Below are positions 10,206 to 19,679 of a stretch of 64,000 nucleotides of DNA, piece by piece. Position numbers and translations under genes: made by a program. Position 1 is the first letter of the stretch, and each line of letters starts with the position of its first letter. Where the stretch lies: assembly GCA_003135635.1 (NCBI GenBank), contig PLCJ01000001.1, forward strand, positions 99,418 through 163,417, read 5' to 3'. This DNA comes from Candidatus Adlerbacteria bacterium. GTDB taxonomy: Bacteria; Patescibacteriota; Minisyncoccia; Phycocordibacterales; SBAW01. The notes under the pieces were generated by a model that worked only from the letters and a program-made list of their open reading frames with translations, made no database searches and had not been told where the DNA came from.

Positions 10206-10337
10206 TTATGCTTTCTTCTCTTCCTCTTCTAAGAGGCCATCATCGTCTTCCGCATCCTCGTCATCATCGGGGACCTCCGTATCCTCATCAACATCGCCCG
10301 CCTCTTGCGGATCTCGCACTTCAAACTCTTCGTACAT
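10206..10337 (-). CDS. Small, very acidic protein (43 aa; absent from ORF track)
   Basis: MYEEFEVRDPQEAGDVDEDTEVPDDDEDAEDDDGLLEEEEKKA*; its stop abuts the shared terminator. Confidence 0.65.
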   Translation of the reverse strand: MYEEFEVRDPQEAGDVDEDTEVPDDDEDAEDDDGLLEEEEKKA

Positions 10338-10413
10338 ACTATAAGGGTCGTTAGATCAATAATTTGCTATGCACTGCTGGTGTTGTATCAAAAACAATAT
10401 TTTTTGCAACTTA

Positions 10414-10914
10414 CTAAACAGAAGTGTGTGGATATCTTGCTGAAGCAAGACAGGTCAGAGCGATTGCGATGGCATCTATTTCATCATCAAGCCTTGAACG
10501 TTTGGGAAGGGTGATAAGCCGCTCCACCATTGTGGCAACCGCTGCTTTGCCGCTTTTGCCATAGCCCGTAACTGCAAGTTTTATTTGCAGCGGCGTATAC
10601 GCGTAGAGTGTGAGCCTGTGTCGGGCTGCCGTATAGGCCAGGACTCCCCGCACTTGAGCTATTTGCATAGCGGTTTTGGCATTTTTTTCAAAATATATCT
10701 CTTCAAGAGCGATACTCGTGGGGTGCCACCGGGTGATCAAACGCTCAGCTTCCATCCCGATAATTTCTAGTCGCTGCGGAAAGGGGAGCGTTGAGAGAGT
10801 ACGCAGACAGGAGGAATATAGCAGGGTGTTTTTTTCTATCACTGCTACTCCCAGGCGCTCAAACCCGGGATCAAAGGCAAGTACTCGTGCTTCAGGCTGT
10901 GTTGGTGTAGACAT
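10414..10914 (-). CDS. ruvC: Holliday junction resolvase RuvC
   Basis: 'VLAFDPGFERLGVAV', 'ALEEIYF', 'YTPLQIK', 'DDEIDAIAIA'. Start estimated. Confidence 0.95.
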   Translation of the reverse strand: MSTPTQPEARVLAFDPGFERLGVAVIEKNTLLYSSCLRTLSTLPFPQRLEIIGMEAERLITRWHPTSIALEEIYFEKNAKTAMQIAQVRGVLAYTAARHRLTLYAYTPLQIKLAVTGYGKSGKAAVATMVERLITLPKRSRLDDEIDAIAIALTCLASARYPHTSV

Positions 10915-11419
10915 CACTGACATCATCGTGCTCCTCAAGCTCATCGACCAAGCGTGCCAGTTTTTCAAGATCCCCTTCGGGGAGGGATATCGGAGCAATC
11001 GGTTCAAGTCCTTCCTCTTTTTTATTAAACGCCCATAGCGCAGCACCAGGGGCAGCAAGAGCGCCGCCATTTTTGCTGAGCAAATGTTTTATTTCTTGCG
11101 CGGTGCGATTGCGATTATCCGTATACCCCTCAATGATAAGCGCCGCGCCACCCGGACCGTATGCCTCGTAGGTGACCGCTTCAAGTAAAGCGTCACTCCC
11201 AGATGCTTTAGTAATTGCGCGATCAATATTCTCTGTCGGCATATTTGCCACCCGGGCCTTTTCTATTGCAGTGCGAAGGCCCGGTGCACTACGGTCGCCC
11301 GCAGCTTTTTTTGCTTCAACAGCAATGAAGCGCACCAGTTTGGAGAACATTTTACCTTTGCGTACGTCGGTAACAGCTTTTTGATGCTTGAGCTTTGCCC
11401 ATTTGCTATGACCGGACAT
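10892..11419 (-). CDS. yebC: YebC/PmpR family protein (short form)
   Basis: 'MSGHSKWAKLKH', 'YEAYGPGG', 'TDNRNRT', 'LEEHDDVSDVYTN'. Confidence 0.95.
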   Translation of the reverse strand: MSGHSKWAKLKHQKAVTDVRKGKMFSKLVRFIAVEAKKAAGDRSAPGLRTAIEKARVANMPTENIDRAITKASGSDALLEAVTYEAYGPGGAALIIEGYTDNRNRTAQEIKHLLSKNGGALAAPGAALWAFNKKEEGLEPIAPISLPEGDLEKLARLVDELEEHDDVSDVYTNTA

Positions 11420-11449
11420 ATGCCGTTAGTTATACCCCAAAACGCTTTC

Positions 11450-12445
11450 CTACAACAACGGCTGTGTTGCGGGCGGCTTTTTCCCCACATGGCTGTACGC
11501 TTTGGGAGTCGCGACGCGACCTCTCGGCGTGCGCTCGATAAGTCCGAGCTGAAGCAAGAAGGGCTCGTGCACCTCAGAAAGGGTCTCCGGTTCCTCTGCA
11601 AGCGCTGCCGCAAGCGCATTTACGCCCGCAGGCCCCCCCGCGAAGCGATCCATGAGTGCGATAAGGAGTTTACGGTCAAGGGGCGTAAGACCGAGCTCAT
11701 CAATTTCAAGCATAGCGAGAGCCTCAGAGACCGTTTCTTTTGTAAGCGGTTGGCGTTTGAGTTGTGCGTAATCCCGTGCGCGTTTCAAAAGATAATTTGA
11801 TGTTCTTGGCGTCGCGCGGCTGCGTTTTGCAATTTCCTTCACCCCAGCCTCATCAATTTTTACATCTAAAATTTTTGCTGAACGTCGAACGATTTTGGCA
11901 ATATCATCTTCGGAGTAAAACTCAAGACGAAACGTTCCTCCAGAAAATCGCGAGCGCAAGGGAGCGGAGAGATCTGCAACGCGGGTCGTGGCTGCAACGA
12001 GGGTAAATGGGGGCAACGGAAGTTCAAGAGTGCGTGCGGAAGGACCTTTGCCGATAATGATATTAAGTGAGCTCGATTCCATTGCCGGGTAGAGTACCTC
12101 TTCAATAACTCGCGAGAGTCGGTGGATCTCGTCGATAAATAAAATGTCTCCAGGCACGAGATTGCTGAGGAGCGCCGCCAAGTCGCCCACGCGCTCAATT
12201 GCGGGTCCTGAGGTTGAACGCACACTGCCCCCAAGTTCTCGTGCAATAAGATGGGCGAGCGTTGTTTTTCCAAGGCCCGGTGGACCATAAAAAAGAACAT
12301 GCTCCGGCGCGGTACCGCGTTCTTTTGCAGCGGAAATTAAAATACGGAGGTTTTCCTTAACGGCTTCTTGTCCCACGTACTCCTCCCAGGAAGAAGGGCG
12401 CAGGGCTTGCTCCATGGAAACACTGCCAGTTTCGTCGCTTGACAT
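11450..12445 (-). CDS. ruvB: Holliday junction branch-migration ATPase RuvB
   Basis: 'LRPSSWEEYVGQ', 'GPPGLGKTTLA', 'FIDEIHRL', 'RTPRGR'. Confidence 0.98.
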   Translation of the reverse strand: MSSDETGSVSMEQALRPSSWEEYVGQEAVKENLRILISAAKERGTAPEHVLFYGPPGLGKTTLAHLIARELGGSVRSTSGPAIERVGDLAALLSNLVPGDILFIDEIHRLSRVIEEVLYPAMESSSLNIIIGKGPSARTLELPLPPFTLVAATTRVADLSAPLRSRFSGGTFRLEFYSEDDIAKIVRRSAKILDVKIDEAGVKEIAKRSRATPRTSNYLLKRARDYAQLKRQPLTKETVSEALAMLEIDELGLTPLDRKLLIALMDRFAGGPAGVNALAAALAEEPETLSEVHEPFLLQLGLIERTPRGRVATPKAYSHVGKKPPATQPLL

Positions 12446-12467
12446 ATAATACGTAATATGCTACAGT
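12439..12467 (+). promoter_or_regulatory. Strong sigma70-type promoter for the downstream ncRNA
   Basis: TTGACA (12439)-N17-TACAGT (12462) with extended TG; no ORF follows. Confidence 0.75.
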
Positions 12468-12500
12468 AGTTTCAGTCGCTCCTCTCGGGGAGCTTTTTTA

Positions 12501-12663
12501 GAAAGAGTGCACCTTCAAGCAGTACACCCGGGGAGGGTACTGGAACCTTACTAAGGACGTTTTGGCTCATTGTTTTATACAACTGTTGCGGGAACTATCC
12601 TCAGGTTTGGCGTCCGCTTCTTCGCTTGTCGAAGATGAGTATTGCTTGGCGGTGTATTCTTTC
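12501..12663 (+). ncRNA. Structured rod-like ncRNA, candidate 6S RNA
   Basis: GAAAGAGTGCACC/GGTGTATTCTTTC closing stem; UUC/GGC internal element; CAAGCAGTAC/GTATTGCTTG; inner GGACGTT/GGCGTCC. G-U pairs define the + strand. Confidence 0.65.
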
Positions 12664-12710
12664 GAAACTATTCCCACTGTACCCGTTTTGTCTTCTCGCG
12701 CAACATTTGA

Positions 12711-14393
12711 CTAAACGATTGCGTCAATGTCTACCACACGCCTGAGCTCCTCAAGGGACGTGACGCCTAGAAGTATTTTTATAATGCCATCCTCCACCAT
12801 GGTGGGAATTCCTTGCGGCTTTGCGGCCTCTGCTACCTCCCGTTCACTTGGTTTGGTGCGGAGCACCTCTTCAATAGGGCGATCCATGTAAATCGCTTCA
12901 AATATACCGATACGTCCTTTGTATCCTCGACCCTTGCATACAGCGCATCCCTGAGGTGCAGGATCCCAAATAGTACTTATCGTTTGGGGCACGAGCGTGC
13001 GATCGACAATTCCTCCGAGGATGCGCTCAATAGTTATTTTTTCTTCTGCATTTATTGGCCGTTCCTTTTTACACTGCTGGCAAAGTTTGCGCACCAGGCG
13101 CTGAGCCATCGCGATATTAACTGAGGAGCTCAGTACTTTTTCAGGGACGCTGAGATCAATCAAGCGGGGGAAAGAACCTGCTGCATCGTTGGTGTGAAGC
13201 GTTGAAAAGACCAAGTGCCCGGTGAGCGCGGCATTGATTGCGGTCGCAGCTACTTCTTCATCTCTGATTTCCCCCACCATGATAATGTCGGGATCTTGGC
13301 GGAGAATTGAACGCAATCCTTCCGCAAAAGTATATTTTTTCTCATCTACTTGGGTTTGTACAATACCCGGCAAGTGATACTCAATCGGATCTTCGATAGT
13401 AATAATTTTTGTGCCGGGGCTATTAATCTTGCGCAAAAAAGCGTACAGAGTGGTCGTCTTACCGCTTCCGGTTGGCCCCGTGGTAAGCACCATGCCGTTT
13501 GGACGCGTTATTTCTCTTTCAATGCGCTGGCGTAACTTCTCTCCCATGCCAAGCTCTTCCAGAGTTACGCTGATGGCTTTTGGATTAAGAATTCGCAGCA
13601 CCAGTGTTTCGCCGTAATTTCCAGGAAGCACCGACGTGCGGAGTTCTATTTCATCCCCCTTGATCTTGATGCTGAAGCGCCCGTCTTGGGCTTCACTCGT
13701 GATATTGAGTTTGAGGCCTGAGAGGAGCTTCAAGCGCGAAAGAAGCAACCGATACGTTTCGTGATCAAAGGTAAGTATGTCAACGAGCACCCCATCAAGG
13801 CGGTAGCGCAAACGCACCGCTGCTTCTTCTGGTTCCATATGGACATCTGAGGCTTCTGTGGAGAGCCCGCCGGCAAGTATTACTTCAAGTATTCGGGTGA
13901 TGCGATACGTCTTTTTGATCACGATCGCCTCGTTGATGAGGGTGCCTATATCGGTAAGGTTTTGTACTTTACTGGCGAGCTCCTCGATCTCGGCGGGTGA
14001 GATTTCAAATACTCCTGCCTTGCTTTCCGTGGCATAGGAAAGATCGGCATAGCGCTCGTAGGCGCGCTTGAGACTTTCTTGAGAAGCCATAAATGTTACG
14101 GTGTCGTAGCCGAGCTCTTTGAGTTTCTCAATAACCATCTTTGCTTTTGAATTTTCAGGCGATCGCACCGCCACACTTAGGCGCTTTCCTACACGGCCAA
14201 AAACTACGGTCTCGGCATCGTGGGATTCGTCTTCTTTAATGAGCCGGAGCGCATCGGTGTTTATCGCCACCAAGGAGAGATCTACGTACTGCACGCCGTA
14301 CTTATGAGAAAGTATCTCTACTACCTCTTCTTCTTCGCGCTTGCGGAGAATGTCCAGGTGCTTTTCTTGTTCTTGATCGGCAAACACTACCAT
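12711..14393 (-). CDS. pilB: Type IV pilus assembly ATPase PilB/GspE
   Basis: 'ASDVHMEP', 'GPTGSGKTTTLY', 'TIEDPIEY', 'LRQDPD', 'STLHTN', CxxC...CxxC. Confidence 0.92.
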   Translation of the reverse strand: MVVFADQEQEKHLDILRKREEEEVVEILSHKYGVQYVDLSLVAINTDALRLIKEDESHDAETVVFGRVGKRLSVAVRSPENSKAKMVIEKLKELGYDTVTFMASQESLKRAYERYADLSYATESKAGVFEISPAEIEELASKVQNLTDIGTLINEAIVIKKTYRITRILEVILAGGLSTEASDVHMEPEEAAVRLRYRLDGVLVDILTFDHETYRLLLSRLKLLSGLKLNITSEAQDGRFSIKIKGDEIELRTSVLPGNYGETLVLRILNPKAISVTLEELGMGEKLRQRIEREITRPNGMVLTTGPTGSGKTTTLYAFLRKINSPGTKIITIEDPIEYHLPGIVQTQVDEKKYTFAEGLRSILRQDPDIIMVGEIRDEEVAATAINAALTGHLVFSTLHTNDAAGSFPRLIDLSVPEKVLSSSVNIAMAQRLVRKLCQQCKKERPINAEEKITIERILGGIVDRTLVPQTISTIWDPAPQGCAVCKGRGYKGRIGIFEAIYMDRPIEEVLRTKPSEREVAEAAKPQGIPTMVEDGIIKILLGVTSLEELRRVVDIDAIV

Positions 14394-14431
14394 CCTCCTA
14401 TTCTACAATGTGTTTTGCTACACTGTGCTCT

Positions 14432-14872
14432 ATGAGTCGCGTATCTCTTCAAGAAATGCCTTCTTTGGCACGTTCAGTATTAGGGATCCTCTCGGGCGCT
14501 ACAAAAAATGATAGCGCATTTGTTATAGCGCTTGAGGGTAATTTAGGGGCAGGAAAGACTACCCTTGTGCAAACGCTTGCAAAAGAGCTTGGTGTATCTG
14601 TGGTAGTGCAGAGCCCGACCTATGTACTTATGAAATCCTATCCTATTCAGTTTGGTTCATTCACCACTCTCATACATATCGATGCATATCGCCTAGATGT
14701 GCCTGAGGAGTTTAGCGCGTTAAAACCGGAAAAGTTTTTGAATGATCCGCACGTGCTTGTATGTATTGAATGGCCGGAGCGTTTAAAAGGAGTGTTGCCA
14801 GAAACTGATATGAAATTAGTATTTTCTCATATTGAGGGAGAAGAAAATATGCGGGAGGTGGAGGGGATATAA
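14432..14872 (+). CDS. tsaE: t6A biosynthesis ATPase TsaE
   Basis: 'GNLGAGKTT', 'SPTY', 'HIDAYRL', 'IEWPE'. Confidence 0.95.
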   Translation: MSRVSLQEMPSLARSVLGILSGATKNDSAFVIALEGNLGAGKTTLVQTLAKELGVSVVVQSPTYVLMKSYPIQFGSFTTLIHIDAYRLDVPEEFSALKPEKFLNDPHVLVCIEWPERLKGVLPETDMKLVFSHIEGEENMREVEGI

Positions 14873-14878
14873 AAGAAG

Positions 14879-14905
14879 AGGCCGCGAAGAATTACTTCGC
14901 GGCCT
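14879..14905. terminator. Hairpin between convergent genes
   Basis: AGGCCGCGAAG-AATTA-CTTCGCGGCCT. Confidence 0.7.
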
Positions 14906-14913
14906 TGGGCGGA

Positions 14914-15090
14914 TCATTTGTGGCAATCCAGCCTTCCACCCGTTCTGACTGTGCAGTGGGTGGGTAAGGGGTGCGGCGCCGTGTGATATGTGACGGGCAA
15001 CATAGCCCATGTTCCCACCTTTGGAATCACCATGACCACCACCGCCGAGATGAGTACAGCAATGAAGAGCAATACGAGGTTGTTGTTCAC
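14914..15090 (-). CDS. Small single-TM/secreted protein (58 aa)
   Basis: SD AAGGAGG before GTG 15090; TTGACA-N17-TAGACT promoter upstream; hydrophobic N-terminus; C-terminal Cys pair. Confidence 0.65.
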   Translation of the reverse strand: MNNNLVLLFIAVLISAVVVMVIPKVGTWAMLPVTYHTAPHPLPTHCTVRTGGRLDCHK

Positions 15091-15175
15091 GTGAACCTCC
15101 TTAACTGAAGAAGAGTCTAGCATACTACATGCGAGATGTCAAGTAAGCCCTAAAATATGGTAAAATAAGACTTAT

Positions 15176-17536
15176 ATGGCTAAAAAGCGCCTCATAATCC
15201 TTGATATGCACGCGATTTTGCATCGCGCCTACCACGCGCTTCCTGACTTTTCTTCTTCTAAGGGAGAGCCTACTGGAGCGCTCTACGGCCTTGTATCCAT
15301 GCTCGTGCGCATTCTCACTGATCTGAAACCCGACTACATTGTTGCTACCTTTGATTTAGCAGAGCCGACACACCGACATATTGCTTATGAGCAATACAAA
15401 GCGCATCGACCGAAAACGGACGATGCGCTTATTTCGCAAATAATTCGCTCTCGCGACGTGCTTGATGCTCTCAGTATTCCGCATTACGAATGTGAAGGAT
15501 TTGAAGCAGATGATGTAATCGGCACCATTGTCGAGAATCTTAAAAAAAAGAATGACCTTGAAATTATTATTGCCTCCGGAGATATGGATACACTCCAGTT
15601 GGTGGAAGGGCAACGGGTACGAGTTTTTACTCTGAAAAAAGGCCTCTCCGATACTGTTCTTTACGATGAGGCCGGAGTAATAGCGCGCTATGGATTCCCG
15701 CCGAAGCAGCTGCCTGACTATAAGGGATTGTATGGGGATCCGTCTGATAACATACCTGGCGTGAAAGGGATAGGAGAAAAAACCGCAAGCATACTCATCG
15801 CTCATTTCGATACTCTGGAGAAACTGTACGCTACGCTCAAAAAGAATCCTAAAAAAGTTGCTGCAGCAGGAATAAAAGAGGGCATGATCAAAAAACTTCT
15901 TGAACAGGAGGAAGAAGCAAAGTTTTCAAAAGTACTCGCTGAAATTCGTCTTGATGCGCCAATCAATTTTATCCTTCCTAAAAAAACCTGGCGAGAACAA
16001 GTTGAGACTGAAAAAGTACTCAATATGTTATCTGAGTTTGACTTCCGTTCACTCATGCCGCGGGTGCGCGAACTTCTTGGAGTTCAGGCAGTGCATGCAG
16101 AGACAGAAGAAGATTTAAAGAATCAGCAGTTTTCACAAGAAGAGTTTCATAAAATGGCAATCGCGGTCTGGGTGCTTGATTCAACTATTACCAACCCCAC
16201 CATCGAAGACATATATCGTCTTGGTAAATCAAAAGATTTCGCTATTGCAGCTTCGCATATTGAAGAAGAGATCGCCCATAATGGACTTTCCTTTGTATAT
16301 AAGCAGATTGAACTACCACTTATGCCCGTGCTGCGGCAGATGGAGAAGCGGGGAATAAAGATTGATCGGACATTTCTCGCGAAACTGTCAAAGCAATATC
16401 ATTCTGAACTTGAGGCTATAGCTGCTCGAGTATACGCTATTGCAGGAGAAACGTTCAATATCAATTCACCAAAACAGCTCGGCGAGATACTCTTTGATAG
16501 ACTCGGCCTTGCGGTTAAAAACCAAAAAAAAACAACAACCGGTGCACGGTCAACTCGTGAATCTGAACTTGAGAAAATGCGTGAACTACATCCTATAATT
16601 TCTGACATTCTTTCCCATCGAGAACTTCAAAAACTCCTTTCAACGTATATCGACAATATCCCTACACTTCTTGATAAAAAAAACAGATTGCACACATCTT
16701 TTATACAGACGGGCACCACCACTGGCCGTCTTGCATCACAAAATCCAAATCTTCAAAATATTCCGATCAAAACAGAACTCGGACGTGCCATACGGCATGC
16801 CTTTGTAGCGGATACTGACATGCAGCTTGTTTCGCTGGATTATTCCCAGATTGAACTACGTATAGCGGCTTTTCTTTCGCGTGATGAAGAGCTGGCTAAA
16901 ATTTTCAGAGATGGTCGTGATGTGCATGCAGAAGTAGCAGCAAGAATATTTAATGTACCGGCGGATAAAGTAACATATGAACAACGACGCCGTGCGAAAG
17001 TTATTAACTTCGGTATCCTCTATGGGATGGGAGTTACCAGCTTGCGTGAAGCACTTGGAACTACACGCGGAGAAGCGCAGGAGTTTTATAATGAGTATTT
17101 TGAGGCCTTTCCGCGCTTGGCCGCGTATCTTGATGAAGTGAAAGCGCAAGCTGCACGGGATGGATATACCACTACGTACTTCGGACGGCGTCGGTATTTC
17201 GAAGGTATCCACTCGCCGATACCCTACATGCGTGCTGCCTCGGAGCGGATGGCTATCAATGCTCCTATGCAGGGAACCCAATCAGATATTGTAAAACTTG
17301 CTATGGTTCGCATTGATGCATGGCTGCGAGAAAAAGGTCTGCCGGATCGCGCACACTTACTCCTTCAAGTGCACGACGAATTACTGTTTGAAATAGAGAC
17401 AGATACTGTGAAAGAATATACACAGAAAATCAAAACAATCATGGAGGAAGTTATTCCTATAGATGAACGTCGCGGGATACCTCTTGTTGTAGAAGGCAAA
17501 GTAGGGAAAGATTGGGGAGAAATGAAAAAGATATGA
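15176..17536 (+). CDS. polA: DNA polymerase I (reduced 3'-5' exonuclease region)
   Basis: 5'-3' exonuclease 'EADDVIGT', 'GDPSDNIPGV'; polymerase 'DYSQIELR', 'AKVINFGILYG', 'QVHDEL'. Confidence 0.98.
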   Translation: MAKKRLIILDMHAILHRAYHALPDFSSSKGEPTGALYGLVSMLVRILTDLKPDYIVATFDLAEPTHRHIAYEQYKAHRPKTDDALISQIIRSRDVLDALSIPHYECEGFEADDVIGTIVENLKKKNDLEIIIASGDMDTLQLVEGQRVRVFTLKKGLSDTVLYDEAGVIARYGFPPKQLPDYKGLYGDPSDNIPGVKGIGEKTASILIAHFDTLEKLYATLKKNPKKVAAAGIKEGMIKKLLEQEEEAKFSKVLAEIRLDAPINFILPKKTWREQVETEKVLNMLSEFDFRSLMPRVRELLGVQAVHAETEEDLKNQQFSQEEFHKMAIAVWVLDSTITNPTIEDIYRLGKSKDFAIAASHIEEEIAHNGLSFVYKQIELPLMPVLRQMEKRGIKIDRTFLAKLSKQYHSELEAIAARVYAIAGETFNINSPKQLGEILFDRLGLAVKNQKKTTTGARSTRESELEKMRELHPIISDILSHRELQKLLSTYIDNIPTLLDKKNRLHTSFIQTGTTTGRLASQNPNLQNIPIKTELGRAIRHAFVADTDMQLVSLDYSQIELRIAAFLSRDEELAKIFRDGRDVHAEVAARIFNVPADKVTYEQRRRAKVINFGILYGMGVTSLREALGTTRGEAQEFYNEYFEAFPRLAAYLDEVKAQAARDGYTTTYFGRRRYFEGIHSPIPYMRAASERMAINAPMQGTQSDIVKLAMVRIDAWLREKGLPDRAHLLLQVHDELLFEIETDTVKEYTQKIKTIMEEVIPIDERRGIPLVVEGKVGKDWGEMKKI

Positions 17537-18162
17537 TGTACGTTGTTGTCGGCATAAATCCAGCTGCTCGAGGAGAGAAACGTCGCGCTTTTCTCAACAA
17601 AACTCCTGCTGAAGAGCTGCAGTGGGAAAATATGAGTATCGAAGAGCTGGGATCTCTGGCCTCAACACCTTCCTTATGGGGAAATATGCAAGCATTTGTA
17701 CTTACAGGAGCGCTTAGTGATCCTGAGCGCGGAGAAGAATTTCTCTCGCTTGCTGAAGGATTGGTTTCTTCACCACACGTATTTGTATTTGAGGAGGAGA
17801 AATTGCTTAAGAAACAAACTGATGCGGTAACAAAAGCCGGTGCAACCGTCGCAGCACTAGCTGCACCCAAAAAGGAGGAATCATTTAATGTTTTTTCTCT
17901 TGCGAGTACTTTTGCTCTACGCGATCGCAAAAAATTCTGGATTTTGCTCGTGAAAGCGCTACGCGCTGGTGTAGTTCCCGAGAATATTACCGGGATATTG
18001 CACTGGAAAGTGCGCGATATGCTTGCAGCCACCCGCGTGGCACACTATACACGCACAGAGCTTATCGACCTCTCCCGACAACTTGTGGTGATGTATCATG
18101 ATGCGCACCGTGGCGCCGGGGATCTAGCACTCTTGCTTGAGAGATTCGCTCTAACGTTGTAG
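17533..18162 (+). CDS. Putative divergent DNA polymerase III delta (HolA-like)
   Basis: 'TPSLWG' and 'FNVFSLASTF' resemble the HolA pattern; ATGA-coupled to polA. Confidence 0.55.
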   Translation: MMYVVVGINPAARGEKRRAFLNKTPAEELQWENMSIEELGSLASTPSLWGNMQAFVLTGALSDPERGEEFLSLAEGLVSSPHVFVFEEEKLLKKQTDAVTKAGATVAALAAPKKEESFNVFSLASTFALRDRKKFWILLVKALRAGVVPENITGILHWKVRDMLAATRVAHYTRTELIDLSRQLVVMYHDAHRGAGDLALLLERFALTL

Positions 18163-18174
18163 TTTAATGATATT

Positions 18175-18247
18175 CCGCCCATAGCTCAGTTGGTAGAGCA
18201 GCTCCCTTTTAAGGAGAGGGTCGCAGGTTCGAATCCTGCTGGGCGGA
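18175..18247 (+). tRNA. tRNA-Lys(UUU)
   Basis: CCGCCCA/TGGGCGG acceptor; loop CTTTTAA; T-loop TTCGAAT. Confidence 0.95.
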
Positions 18248-18292
18248 CTGAAGTTAGTCTTCATAAATGCTACACTAATGTAGCAAGAAAAC

Positions 18293-18676
18293 ATGGTTCG
18301 ACTTCTCTATACACATGAATTGAAACCACATGAGAAAGTAGTTATTTCTCACGCTCTACTTCTACTCGCTGAAGTACTCTGGACTAGAACTGTTACGACA
18401 CCGATTCTTGTTGACACAAAAACAAAGACCATTCTTGATGGACATCATCGTTGGTGGGTCGGTAAGAGACTCGGTTTCCGTCGTATTCCTGCCTACTGTG
18501 TTGATTATCTCAACGATGACAGTATTGGTTGTGAGCCAAGGAGGAAAGAAATACCCATAAATAAAGAAATTATTATTGCTACAGCGCAGTCAGGCCAGAT
18601 CTATCCACCGAAAACGACACGGCATATCTATAAACTACCAGCCTCTGTCACATATCCTCTTGGAGATTTATTCTAA
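18293..18676 (+). CDS. ParB/Sulfiredoxin-like N-terminal domain protein
   Basis: 'LKPHE', 'PILVD..TKTILDGHHR'. Confidence 0.75.
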   Translation: MVRLLYTHELKPHEKVVISHALLLLAEVLWTRTVTTPILVDTKTKTILDGHHRWWVGKRLGFRRIPAYCVDYLNDDSIGCEPRRKEIPINKEIIIATAQSGQIYPPKTTRHIYKLPASVTYPLGDLF

Positions 18677-18737
18677 GAGCCTAATTTGGCTTTTAGCGAA
18701 TCTCTTAAGCCGATCTTATGAAGTTTTTCTTACTAAT

Positions 18738-18764
18738 GAAGCCCCCTACGTTGGTGGGGGCTTC
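18738..18764. terminator. Hairpin between convergent genes
   Basis: GAAGCCCCC-TACGTTGGT-GGGGGCTTC. Confidence 0.7.
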
Positions 18765-18789
18765 GATTGTTACTTTGCACTAGCCCCGG

Positions 18790-19077
18790 TCAGACTTTTG
18801 TTGGCTTAGTGTCATAAAATACTTCGATCTCGTAGATGGCGAAAGCCACGAACATTAGTACGAAGAAGAAGAGACCTGTAACCCACAACCAGAGTGGCTC
18901 GGGCCTCAGAATTGCCAAGAACATACCTCCTACTGCCACAAAAAGAAGCGCACTTAGCACAGAGCACCCTGCCGCAATAACAAGTAGCCCTCGATGTACC
19001 TCCTTAAGCAAGATAACTGTGTTGAGGATACAAGTGATGGACCATAAGACGAGAGTGGAATATACGACCGCATCCAT
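18790..19077 (-). CDS. Small 3-TM membrane protein
   Basis: SD AAGGAGG upstream of ATG 19077; three hydrophobic segments. Confidence 0.65.
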   Translation of the reverse strand: MDAVVYSTLVLWSITCILNTVILLKEVHRGLLVIAAGCSVLSALLFVAVGGMFLAILRPEPLWLWVTGLFFFVLMFVAFAIYEIEVFYDTKPTKV

Positions 19078-19168
19078 TGTTCTGTGTTCCTCCTTAGAAC
19101 AGAGTGGTGCAACTGCTGGCAAACATAGAGGACTTTCTTACATAAATCAAGTGCACAATATTAAGCCG

Positions 19169-19666
19169 CTATTTCATCCCCAAAAGTACAAACAATGCTA
19201 TCCCCGCAGTGACTGAAACGTTCAACGATTCTTTTTTACCGTGCATAGGAATTTCCAAAATTGCATCCGTCTCTTTCAACACTTTGGTAGAAAGCCCACG
19301 AACTTCATTACCAAGCACAAGCACGATTGGTTGTGCTGGGTCTTTCAGTTTCCAGTTAAATAATGAAATCGATCTTGAATCTTGTTCAACCGCAAGTACC
19401 GCATGCCCCTCTTTTTTAAGTCGCCGTAAAGTAGGCGTCAACTGTTGTACCTGAGACCACGGTACTGTTTTTTCTGCCCCCAGAGATACTTTAGTAAAAT
19501 CGCTGCGCTTCCTCCCAAAGCGATCTACAGGCGCGGGTGTATACCCAGAGAGGAGGATACGGAAAACTCCCGCCGCATCCGCGGTTCGAAATATCGAACC
19601 CACATTATGCACACTGCGAATATTGTGAAGCACGAGCGTGCATTTTACTTTGGAGCGCTTGATCAC
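19169..19666 (-). CDS. TrmH/SpoU family RNA methyltransferase
   Basis: 'NIRSVHNVGSIFRTADAAG', 'VLGNEVRGL', 'ESLNVSV'. Confidence 0.93.
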   Translation of the reverse strand: MIKRSKVKCTLVLHNIRSVHNVGSIFRTADAAGVFRILLSGYTPAPVDRFGRKRSDFTKVSLGAEKTVPWSQVQQLTPTLRRLKKEGHAVLAVEQDSRSISLFNWKLKDPAQPIVLVLGNEVRGLSTKVLKETDAILEIPMHGKKESLNVSVTAGIALFVLLGMK

Positions 19667-19679
19667 GCCGTCATACTAC

